Virus record (IMG/VR): IMGVR_UViG_3300035181_000446
Location: 1-39,628 of that record
Reading direction: 5' to 3' (one strand)
DNA length: 39,628 bases
Source of the DNA: a virus
Taxonomy: Duplodnaviria; Caudoviricetes
Positions 8,019 through 16,330 of the stretch are shown here, in pieces. The notes under the pieces were generated by a model. The model saw only the letters and a program-made list of their open reading frames with translations. It ran no database searches and had not been told where the DNA came from. The translations under genes and the position numbers were made by a program. How positions within the stretch are numbered: the first letter of the stretch is position 1; each line of letters opens with the position of its first letter.

Positions 8019-8681
8019 ATGACACCAGAAATGCAAGCGTCCTTGCGTAAGCCATTTGAGCCGCACCAGATTAGCACTTTTCCAAGAAACGCAGGCTCTA
8101 AAGCGGGTTTGTCATACGTTGGTCATGCTGCACTTACCGATAGACTTTTACAAGCAGACCCTAACTGGACTTGGAATCCAGTCGCTAACCCTCAAGCATT
8201 GGGATTGCCGATGGTAGGGTCTGGCATTGAGATGTGGATTGCCCTCACGATTGGCGGTGTTACCCGCTACGGTTACGGCGACGCGCAAGACAAAAAAGGT
8301 GGGAACGCGGTAAAAGAAGCCATTGGCGATGCGTTGCGCAACGCAGCAATGAGATTCGGTGTTGCGTTGGATTTGTGGCACAAGGGCGGCGACTTGTACG
8401 ACGCAGGTGCAGGTGCAGTTGCACCAGAGCCAGAAAAACAGGAAACCATTACAAAGGGTCAGGCAGACAGCTTACGCGCCGAGCTAGCAAACGGCGGCAG
8501 CGACGAAAGCAAATTTGTCGCATGGTTGGCACGTAGCCTTAAGGTTGGCTGTATCGAAGAAATCCCACTAAAAGCCTTTGCCGACGTGATGGCAACGGCA
8601 AAAAAGGCGACAGCAACCAAAGCAGCAGCAGCAGCAACCAAAGCCAAGGAAGATATTGCTAACACTTTAGGGGGTGAGTGA
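8019..8681 (+). CDS. Rad52/Sak-like single-strand annealing protein
   Basis: LRKPF...YVGHAALTDRL..DP.WTW and KEAIGDALRNAAMRFGVALDLW motifs; lies next to exonuclease and SSB genes. Confidence 0.8.
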   Translation: MTPEMQASLRKPFEPHQISTFPRNAGSKAGLSYVGHAALTDRLLQADPNWTWNPVANPQALGLPMVGSGIEMWIALTIGGVTRYGYGDAQDKKGGNAVKEAIGDALRNAAMRFGVALDLWHKGGDLYDAGAGAVAPEPEKQETITKGQADSLRAELANGGSDESKFVAWLARSLKVGCIEEIPLKAFADVMATAKKATATKAAAAATKAKEDIANTLGGE

Positions 8682-9289
8682 TGGCTATCTATTACCCAGA
8701 ACTGAAACAGCACTCTGCCGAATGGTTTGCCCTACGCGGCAGACCTACCGCCTCACGTTTTAGCGACCTTGTTACGCCAGCGGGTAAACCATCAGCAAGC
8801 GCAACGGCATATATAGCAGAGCTTGCGGCGGCTTACTACGGCAACAAAAAGCCATTCTTTGAGACTGATGCAATGCGCAACGGCACGGAACGCGAACCAG
8901 CGGCGCGGGAACTATACGAACTCATGACGGGCGAAACAGTCAATGAGTGCGGTTTCATCATTGAACGCGACGAACCTTTTTCGCCGGGTTGCAGTCCAGA
9001 CGGTTTGATCGGTGCAGACGGAGGAATTGAGATAAAAAGTCCAGAACCGTGGACGCATATACAAACAATTATCGAGGGCAAAACACCTGCAAAGCACGCG
9101 GCGCAAATCCAAGGATTTTTGTTTGTGTCGGGTCGGAAATGGTGTGATTTTATCAGCTACTGCCCACTATACCCGGCAGAGCATCAGTTGTTCATTGAGA
9201 GACACACGCGCAACGAGCAGTTTATCGCTGCACTGGATGCAGCAACCAGCAACGCGCAAGCCATTTTGCGCAAAATAACGGGGGTTTGA
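8678..9289 (+). CDS. YqaJ/lambda-type exonuclease
   Basis: Q.SAEWFALR..TAS, GTEREP.AR, GCSPDG, IEIK and Q.QG...WCDFISY motifs. Confidence 0.92.
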   Translation: MMAIYYPELKQHSAEWFALRGRPTASRFSDLVTPAGKPSASATAYIAELAAAYYGNKKPFFETDAMRNGTEREPAARELYELMTGETVNECGFIIERDEPFSPGCSPDGLIGADGGIEIKSPEPWTHIQTIIEGKTPAKHAAQIQGFLFVSGRKWCDFISYCPLYPAEHQLFIERHTRNEQFIAALDAATSNAQAILRKITGV

Positions 9290-9290
9290 C

Positions 9291-9551
9291 GTGGACATAA
9301 AGCAGCAGGTTTTAGAGTACGAGCAAAAGTTGATTGACGCGCAAGCGGATTTGGAGCGCTTAGAGCGTTTGCGGCGCATTGCAGAGCGTCACGCATTGTA
9401 TTATTGGGAGACTGTAAAAAAGTATGGCTTCCCTTCTTCCTTACCACAACACGGAGTAATCCATTATGCAGAAGTTAATCATCATCATCTCACTGGCAAT
9501 GCTTGCAACCAGTGTGCAGGCACAATCCCTGCAAAGTATCCAAACGTATAA
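9291..9551 (+). CDS. Hypothetical protein with N-terminal coiled coil
   Basis: GTG start 1 bp after the exonuclease stop; 3' part overlaps the next ORF. Confidence 0.45.
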   Translation: MDIKQQVLEYEQKLIDAQADLERLERLRRIAERHALYYWETVKKYGFPSSLPQHGVIHYAEVNHHHLTGNACNQCAGTIPAKYPNV

Positions 9552-9654
9552 TCCGCCTTTGGGCGTTGATGCGGGATGCGGAAAAGGCAAACCAATTTAT
9601 ACAATCGGCAAAAGCAAAGTATGTGCGTTGCCAAAAAAAGGAGTATCAAAATGA
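9466..9654 (+). CDS. Small exported protein with signal peptide
   Basis: Conserved CACAACACGGAG leader; MQKLIIIISLAMLATSVQA signal peptide; ATGA overlap with ssb. Confidence 0.65.
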   Translation: MQKLIIIISLAMLATSVQAQSLQSIQTYNPPLGVDAGCGKGKPIYTIGKSKVCALPKKGVSK

Positions 9655-10079
9655 TTATGTCAGGATTAGCGCGTATCGGACGCGATGCAGAGTTAAAGTA
9701 TACAACCAACAATATGGCTGTGTGCAATGTAGCACTGGCTTTTACTGTTGGTTTTGGCGACCGCAAAACAACTACGTGGGTTGAGTCGGCAATCTGGGGC
9801 AAGCAAGCTGAGGGATTAGCAAAGCATTTGGTAAAAGGTAGTGCTATTGTTGCGCACCTCAAAGACATCAAGCTGGAGGAATACCAAAAGCGCGATGGCA
9901 CTAACGGCGCTAAGTTGACCGCGACCATGGTTGATATGGAGTTTGCAGGCATCAAGCAAGAGGGAGCGGCGCAAGAGCAACCACGGCAAGCGCCCCCGAT
10001 ACGGCAAGCGCCCCCACCACGTCAAGCGCCGACCAATCAGAAGTTTGAGGATTTTGACGATTTTGACATACCATTTTAG
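9651..10079 (+). CDS. ssb: Single-stranded DNA-binding protein
   Basis: GRDAELKYT, TTW...IWGKQAE...L.KG OB-fold motifs, Pro/Gln linker and acidic DDFDIPF tail. Confidence 0.95.
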   Translation: MIMSGLARIGRDAELKYTTNNMAVCNVALAFTVGFGDRKTTTWVESAIWGKQAEGLAKHLVKGSAIVAHLKDIKLEEYQKRDGTNGAKLTATMVDMEFAGIKQEGAAQEQPRQAPPIRQAPPPRQAPTNQKFEDFDDFDIPF

Positions 10080-10098
10080 CGCAACCACACTATAAAAG

Positions 10099-10122
10099 AA
10101 GCCCCTTAACTGGGGCTTTTTC
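10099..10122 (+). terminator. Rho-independent terminator
   Basis: AAGCCCC-ttaact-GGGGCTT plus T-run. Confidence 0.8.
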
Positions 10123-10125
10123 TTG

Positions 10126-10154
10126 TGTACAAGTCGCCCGACACATATTATAAT
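10126..10154 (+). promoter_or_regulatory. Sigma70-type promoter with CGCCCGACAC box
   Basis: TGTACA-17bp-TATAAT; box at 10135-10144. Confidence 0.75.
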
Positions 10155-10179
10155 CAGCACAACAACACGGAGACACTAC

Positions 10180-12006
10180 ATGTACATACTAAGAGACTAT
10201 CAGCAAGCCGCTGTAGATGCGGCGATTAACCATATACGCAAGCACACAACGTCATGCTGCTTAGACCTTGCTACTGGCGCGGGTAAATCGCTGGTAGCGG
10301 CAAACATTGCCATGCAGATTAACGCTATCAGCGGCAAAAAGACGCTTGTGCTTGCCCCAAGTAAAGAGCTTGTCGAGCAAAACTTTGAAAAGTACGTAGA
10401 CTACGGAAACAAAGCGAGCTTTTACAGCGCATCAGTCGGCATTAAATCGACACGTCATGATGTTGTATTCGGAACGCCATTGTCGGTTCTTAACGGCATT
10501 GAAGGCTTTACCAGTGGTTTTGCGGCAGTGGTGATAGATGAGTGTCATCAAACAAACCCGACAATGCGCAAAATCATAGGCTTGATGCGTCAATCTAACC
10601 CTAACTTGCGCGTGATCGGCATGACCGCAACGCCGTACCGTCTCGGTGATGGATACATCTACCAACTTGGTTTAGACGGTAAGCCAATGCCGACGGAAAC
10701 CATCAGCCAAAATCCCGACAAACTGCCATTCTTTGCCAAGTTGGTTTACAGGGTAAGCACGCGTGAGCTTATCGACCGTGGTTTTTTAACCATGCCAGAA
10801 TTTTATAGTGGTGGCGTGCATTACGGCGGCAATGATCTTGTGCTTAACAGCCGTGGTCAGTTTGACGCTGCGCAAGTGGCTGAAGTATTCGAGGGCAAGG
10901 GGAGACTTACGGCTGACATCGTGGCTGATGCTGTTAGCAGGTCACAGCAGGGATTAGGTGTCATGTTTTTTGCGGCAAGTATTAACCATGCCCACGAGAT
11001 CGTAGATTCATTGCCAGCCGATCAAACGGCGCTGGTGACGGGTGAGACTGGCAAAAAAGAGCGTGCGCAAATACTCAAGGATTTTAAAGCAGGCGCATTG
11101 CGCTATTTGGTTAATGTATCCGTACTCACAACGGGGTTTGACGCGCCCAACGTAGGCACTGTAGCGATATTACGGGCAACTGAATCCCCCGGTCTGATGC
11201 TGCAAATCATTGGGCGCGGTCTGCGGCTGTTGGATGGCAAAAGCAAGGTTATGATTTTGGACTATGCCGAAAACTTGGAGCGTCACGCCCCCGCTGGTGA
11301 TGTGTTTGACCCCGAAATTAGGTCAAAGTCGACAACCAAGGGTGAGCGGCTTGATGTGGTTTGCCCTGTTTGTAGCCATGTTAATCAGTTCGGTGGCAAG
11401 CCTAATCCAGACGGTTTTGAGATAGACGCGAATGGTTATTTTTTGGGGACTCTTGGAGAGCGCATTATCAACGAGATCGGAGAACCGATAGCCGCTCACA
11501 TGGGGCAACGGTGTGGCGGGATGAGTCAGACAGCGCATGATGTTATCCAGTGTAGCCACAGATGGAACTTTCGAGAATGCCCAAATTGTGCAGGCGAGAA
11601 CGCTTTATCGGCGCGTGAGTGTGTGCATTGCGGTCAAGAGCTTATTGACCCTAACGAGAAGCTGGCACTAAAAGCAGAGGGCGTGGCAATCAAGAAGCTA
11701 CGCAAAGAGACAGAGTTACACGAAGGGCAAGTTATCCGCGTGACGGCTCGGATGACGGAGAAAGCTGTGGGAATCACTTATTGGTTAGATGGCGGCAAGC
11801 AAGTCGAGGAATACATTAACCCCAGCGCGTCCAGTGCGTTTTTGCGCAAGCGTTCTAATTCCATTTTGGTTGAACTTGGCATTGCAGGGCTTAAAACCAA
11901 AGAAGGCGTATTGCAGGCGTTTGAAAAGCAGATGCACAAAACGCCCCGCGCGATTGCGTGGACTAAGGCTGGTGATTTTTGTGAGATTAAACATAGGAGT
12001 TTTTGA
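10180..12006 (+). CDS. SF2 DExH helicase (RadD/YejH-like) with C-terminal Cys clusters
   Basis: LRDYQ, ATGAGKS, DECH, TATP, LTTGFDAP and QIIGRGLR motifs; CPVC, CPNC and CVHC zinc motifs. ATG 10180 follows the conserved leader. Confidence 0.93.
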   Translation: MYILRDYQQAAVDAAINHIRKHTTSCCLDLATGAGKSLVAANIAMQINAISGKKTLVLAPSKELVEQNFEKYVDYGNKASFYSASVGIKSTRHDVVFGTPLSVLNGIEGFTSGFAAVVIDECHQTNPTMRKIIGLMRQSNPNLRVIGMTATPYRLGDGYIYQLGLDGKPMPTETISQNPDKLPFFAKLVYRVSTRELIDRGFLTMPEFYSGGVHYGGNDLVLNSRGQFDAAQVAEVFEGKGRLTADIVADAVSRSQQGLGVMFFAASINHAHEIVDSLPADQTALVTGETGKKERAQILKDFKAGALRYLVNVSVLTTGFDAPNVGTVAILRATESPGLMLQIIGRGLRLLDGKSKVMILDYAENLERHAPAGDVFDPEIRSKSTTKGERLDVVCPVCSHVNQFGGKPNPDGFEIDANGYFLGTLGERIINEIGEPIAAHMGQRCGGMSQTAHDVIQCSHRWNFRECPNCAGENALSARECVHCGQELIDPNEKLALKAEGVAIKKLRKETELHEGQVIRVTARMTEKAVGITYWLDGGKQVEEYINPSASSAFLRKRSNSILVELGIAGLKTKEGVLQAFEKQMHKTPRAIAWTKAGDFCEIKHRSF

Positions 12007-12007
12007 G

Positions 12008-12670
12008 ATGAAGAAGTTAATTGCAAAAGCATCGGGAGATGTTATCAGTGCCACAAGCACAAAATGGCATGAAGGAGGTCTTTCTGTTGATGTATCGCAA
12101 GATGTTTTTTTAGATAAAGATCGTTTGTGGATGAGTGGTTATGTTGACGAGTTTGTTTGTAAAATTGGAAACAAGTTTCAAACTGACAAATACCGGATAC
12201 ACACGAATTTAGGCGCAAAAACAGATATTGTTCTCAAGATTATGTTTGGGTGTAACGATAATATGTTGTGCATCCCCGATGTTTGCTTTTATTTTGTCAG
12301 CACGGTAAGAGAAACCGATACAGAATACGAGGGTTATGCTTATCGGTTAGAATTCTCCGATGATGATGGGTATCTTGACGATAGGCATACAGCACTAAAT
12401 GATATAGTGACGATAAAGAAATATTCTCATAAAGATGGCATAGAAGGATTCAGGGCTGTACTGTCATCTGAATTTAGGGAGCTTGTTGCTGATATGTTGG
12501 TTGCGGCGTTAGAGTTTAATGATATGGCAAAAGCGGAGAACAACAAAGGCACTGTTAGCGCTATCTTATCTAACTACAAAGCTGCACGGATTGCCGCTGA
12601 AAGCCTGAATCTAAGCATAGACAGTGAGTCGCTTTTCATGGCTGCGTGTTCGATGACAAAAACCCATTGA
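12008..12670 (+). CDS. Hypothetical protein (AT-rich)
   Basis: ATG 1 bp after the helicase stop with AGGAG RBS; no motif recognised. Confidence 0.7.
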   Translation: MKKLIAKASGDVISATSTKWHEGGLSVDVSQDVFLDKDRLWMSGYVDEFVCKIGNKFQTDKYRIHTNLGAKTDIVLKIMFGCNDNMLCIPDVCFYFVSTVRETDTEYEGYAYRLEFSDDDGYLDDRHTALNDIVTIKKYSHKDGIEGFRAVLSSEFRELVADMLVAALEFNDMAKAENNKGTVSAILSNYKAARIAAESLNLSIDSESLFMAACSMTKTH

Positions 12671-12695
12671 CAAGCGCCCGACACTATGCGATGAT
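12667..12695 (+). promoter_or_regulatory. Sigma70-type promoter with CGCCCGACAC box
   Basis: TTGACA-17bp-GATGAT; box at 12675-12684. Confidence 0.75.
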
Positions 12696-12743
12696 TACCC
12701 CATCGACACATTACCCTTTCAACAACACAACACGGAGATGACC

Positions 12744-13076
12744 ATGAAATACTCAAATGACCCAAGTGCAACAGCACGCGACATCTTAGAAGAGCGCTGC
12801 AATTTTCTGGATTCAACGCTTGATTTGATCGAGCACATGGACGTTAACGGGCAAACACAAGGATGGGATATGGATGGTCTGATCGCATACGCTTACAAAG
12901 TTGATGCAATTACTCGTGAGCAATTGGCATCTGATCGTCGCTACGCAGCAACCAAGCGTCTAATCCTAATCCTGACTGGCACACTAACACGCGCATTGCG
13001 TGACGATGACTTAGACACGGCGGAATATATGGCGGACGCAATCCGTCGATATACATACAGCCTAAGTTCAATATGA
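12744..13076 (+). CDS. Hypothetical protein
   Basis: Conserved CAACACAACACGGAG leader; helical ORF coupled to the VRR-NUC gene. Confidence 0.7.
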   Translation: MKYSNDPSATARDILEERCNFLDSTLDLIEHMDVNGQTQGWDMDGLIAYAYKVDAITREQLASDRRYAATKRLILILTGTLTRALRDDDLDTAEYMADAIRRYTYSLSSI

Positions 13077-13423
13077 TGGCGCTACCAACAGAGCATAACG
13101 AGCAGGTCAGTCTTTGCGGCTGGCTTGCCATCAACCATCCGGGTCTGGATTATTTTGCCATCCCCAACGGCGGCGAGCGCAACGTGATTGTTGCGCAAAA
13201 GCTCAAAGCCGAAGGGGTTAAAGCGGGGATTCCAGACCTGTTTTTTCCATCGCTGAAATTGTTTATCGAGATGAAGCGCGTTAAAGGCGGTAGCGTATCG
13301 CCACATCAAAAATACTGGCACGACAGACTAACCAAAGCTGGTTACGCGGTAGCAGTATGCAAAGGGGCGGCAGAAGCCGTGCAAGTTATTACACAACACT
13401 TAGGAGACAAACAACATGGGTAA
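13073..13423 (+). CDS. VRR-NUC domain endonuclease
   Basis: EHNEQ, FAIPNGG.R, LKAEGVKAGIPDL, FIEMK and S..Q..W...L...GY motifs. Confidence 0.92.
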   Translation: MMALPTEHNEQVSLCGWLAINHPGLDYFAIPNGGERNVIVAQKLKAEGVKAGIPDLFFPSLKLFIEMKRVKGGSVSPHQKYWHDRLTKAGYAVAVCKGAAEAVQVITQHLGDKQHG

Positions 13424-13637
13424 CGCAAAAGGTAGAAACGGCATCAGCACTGGAAAGGTTAAAAAGCTGAACCTGCAGACTCCACGGTCAAAGGCATTAG
13501 CGGCGAAAGAGCGCAATGTGACCACGTTGGAGCGTCTCAAAAATCAGCATTGGCGTGATACCGATATACAGCACCCAACAACAGGATGGGTATATTGGGC
13601 GGCGCAGCCTGATAATCCGACGTTGCGTTGCTACTGA
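13416..13637 (+). CDS. Small basic hypothetical protein
   Basis: AGGAG RBS in a leader variant; ends immediately before a terminator. Confidence 0.6.
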   Translation: MGNAKGRNGISTGKVKKLNLQTPRSKALAAKERNVTTLERLKNQHWRDTDIQHPTTGWVYWAAQPDNPTLRCY

Positions 13638-13640
13638 AAG

Positions 13641-13665
13641 AAAGCCCCTTTATTGGGGCTTTTTT
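13641..13665 (+). terminator. Rho-independent terminator ending the early region
   Basis: AAAGCCCC-tttatt-GGGGCTTT plus T-run. Confidence 0.85.
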
Positions 13666-13914
13666 GTGGGTGGCGATGTAGATCGCCTCAAATTTGAGGG
13701 CATTGGGCAAGTGGTACTCAATTTGAGTAGCACTGCCGAACGCGCAATGCCCTTCCTGCTACCATTCCTGCTACTACCGAACCCGCACAATCGCGTACAA
13801 GCTACTCAACGCCCTTCCCGCTACTACCGTAGCGCCCGCCGAACGATAACGCCGCATAGACAACCACAGTGAAGATATGAGGGAGACTAACCATGTTGGG
13901 ATTGCTAAGGTCTA

Positions 13915-14268
13915 TGGCTCAGGTTTTGGGCTTTGGCTCAGGTTTGGCTCAGGTTTGGCTCAGGTTTTTTTAAGACTTGAGCCAAGTAAGTTGCTGTTAT
14001 TTCTACTATTTATACCCTTTGGCTCAATGGCTCAAGAAAATATACTAAGAGTTGTAGAGTAAGAAAAACATATATAGGGGAGGGTATATGGGGGTATAGG
14101 AAGTATAGGGGAGTATAGAAAGGTAGGTAAAATTCTTGAGCCATTGAGCCAAAGTAGAGAAATATTATAAATAACAGCAACTTACTTGGCTCAAGTCTTA
14201 AAAAAACCTGAGTCAAACCTGAGCCATTGAGCCAAACCTGAGCCAAAACCAGACCTGTGGATGGCTCA
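13915..14268. repeat. Iteron cluster, putative replication origin copy 2 (inverted relative to copy 1)
   Basis: 14 exact TGGCTCA/TGAGCCA heptamers in opposing arms. 13887-14091 is the reverse complement of 1592-1796. Confidence 0.8.
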
Positions 14269-14423
14269 TTCCTTTGGTTAAAGCTCTGACTCATGTCTTT
14301 GGTTAAAGTAGTGGGATGGGAAGTCAAGCAATAAATCCGTGTATCAGGAATTTAGTGTGTGGCGATTGTGTTGTTTGTTGTCGTGTATTATACTAAGCAC
14401 TTAATCAACACGGAGACACTAAC

Positions 14424-15083
14424 ATGACTATCCACATTGCAAACCTGACCATTAACCAATCATCTAATGGTCTTTACTCTATCAACGACATCCACAAAGC
14501 ATCTGGTGGGCTTGCAAAGCATCAGCCTGCTTTCTGGATGCGCTTACAAGCAACAACCAACCTAATAAGGCTTATGGAAAGTCAAGTAATAAATCAGCAG
14601 AATGGCTCGGTAATTGAAACTTTTGTAGGCGGTGATATTACTTCACCAATGCGCGGAACATACGTATGCCGAAAGCTAGTAGTTGCCTATGCACTATGGA
14701 TAAGCACCGAGTTCTTTTCTCATGTACTTGACGTATTCCTTGACGTGGTTGATGGCATCTATGAGCGCGTCAATGCACAAAACAAGGTGATTGAGCAGCA
14801 AACGCTACAGCTCGATTTATTTAGCAGTGAACTTAAAAGTATGCGCAAGCGTGACCCAAGATCGCCGGAAACGTTGCCAGTGCTAACGGGCATGGAAGCA
14901 CGCAAGTGCAAGCCGATGTTCGACCAGTTGGTTGATAAAGGCTATCTGACAGCAAGCGAGTATTACCCGGCGCGAATCCAGTACAAACCAACGCAAAAAG
15001 CGATGGATGCGGGGATTATTGCAGGCGTGAAGAATCGCACTGTGTTGTTTAATCCTGATGTGTTGCAGATACTTGGCTTGTAA
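14424..15083 (+). CDS. KilA-N domain DNA-binding protein (antirepressor-like)
   Basis: GLYSINDIHKASGG..KHQPAFWMR and GTYVC..LV.AYALWIS motifs. Upstream TTGTGT-17-TATACT (14366-14394) and CAACACGGAGAC leader. Confidence 0.88.
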   Translation: MTIHIANLTINQSSNGLYSINDIHKASGGLAKHQPAFWMRLQATTNLIRLMESQVINQQNGSVIETFVGGDITSPMRGTYVCRKLVVAYALWISTEFFSHVLDVFLDVVDGIYERVNAQNKVIEQQTLQLDLFSSELKSMRKRDPRSPETLPVLTGMEARKCKPMFDQLVDKGYLTASEYYPARIQYKPTQKAMDAGIIAGVKNRTVLFNPDVLQILGL

Positions 15084-15146
15084 TCCCACTTGATAAAAAC
15101 CCCAAATCAATCAATACTATCCCCATCTAACAAATGGGGATTTTTT

Positions 15147-15977
15147 ATGAGCAAAACATCAGCGCTGGGCGTGCGGATGATTATGCAGCTTGAGGGTAGC
15201 AAAGCGGTTATCTATAACGACGCGGGAGGATTGCCAACCATTGGTGTTGGGCATCTGCTAACCCGCGACGAACTATCCAGCGGCGCTATCCAGCTATCGG
15301 GGGGGCGCGTGATAGACATCAAGCAAGCGCTATCCTATGAATCCATCCATGACATCCTTGTTGATGACTTGGGTGTTGCTGAAGATGCAGTAAGCCGCGT
15401 TATCAAGCAACCACTTAATCAGCATCAATTCGACGCATTGGTTAGCTGGACTTTTAACGTCGGGCAGGGGGCGCTTGAGCGGTCAACCTTGGCACAATTG
15501 CTTAACGACGGCGACTTTGACAGCGTACCCGCGCAATTGCGGCGCTGGGACAAGGCTGGTGGTCGGGTATTGCGTGCATTGCAAACCAGGCGCGAAACGG
15601 AGGTTAGTATGTGGCTGGGGCAATACACTGATAGCAGTGTTGTGGTTGCCGAGCCAATCGACAAACCAGTGACATACATCACAGATAACCACGGTGAAAC
15701 AATGCCGATATACTATGAGCCAGTGAAGCCGACCGCTACAAGCAATGTTCAAGCCGAAGTTGAGAAAAGCAGCATCTACAAACTGGTTGCACGCTTTGTC
15801 CCCGAAGGCTACGGCACATACACCACAGCAGCGATTGCTATCATCGTGGGGGCGCTAGATATTGCGTCCGACAATTTTGGTATGCCTCACCTACCGTTTA
15901 TCGACTACTCAATCAGTGGGTTATCTTGGGTTATCGGCGGTCTAGGCATGGCGTTTTTGCGTAGAGCGCAACAATGA
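15147..15977 (+). CDS. Endolysin, GH24 lysozyme with C-terminal hydrophobic extension
   Basis: EG-x-Y.DAGG.PTIGVGH catalytic motif, Q.QFDALVS.TFNVG, RW.KAGG...L..RR..E; tail of about 100 aa ending in two hydrophobic segments. Confidence 0.92.
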   Translation: MSKTSALGVRMIMQLEGSKAVIYNDAGGLPTIGVGHLLTRDELSSGAIQLSGGRVIDIKQALSYESIHDILVDDLGVAEDAVSRVIKQPLNQHQFDALVSWTFNVGQGALERSTLAQLLNDGDFDSVPAQLRRWDKAGGRVLRALQTRRETEVSMWLGQYTDSSVVVAEPIDKPVTYITDNHGETMPIYYEPVKPTATSNVQAEVEKSSIYKLVARFVPEGYGTYTTAAIAIIVGALDIASDNFGMPHLPFIDYSISGLSWVIGGLGMAFLRRAQQ

Positions 15978-16330
15978 CGGCTGATAATGCGCGGTGCAAA
16001 AAACGTGCTAATATGTCTGTTAAGATGCACATCCAGCGCTACCACAACGGCACAATATTGCTAACCCGTGCCAATGGCTCTACTTGGTTTGGATTGTGGC
16101 GGCATTTGCGCAATCATCTGTAAGTGGCATCACCCGCCAGCGGGGACAATGGCTGGACGTGGTAGGCAGTAGAGCGGTATCTGCTGCCGGGGTTGGGGCT
16201 GATGATGAGTCTGACAATACTCCTTGGGGATGATCTATACAGCAGTTAGCAGACCAACCATAAATTTATCGGCTCGGCATGAACTAAATCAGCTAATATG
16301 ATGACATACATCTATTTAATGGGTTGTGTC

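Noticed and set aside
16198-16215. CTGATGA as a hammerhead ribozyme core
   Set aside because: No correctly placed GAAA or flanking stems were found.
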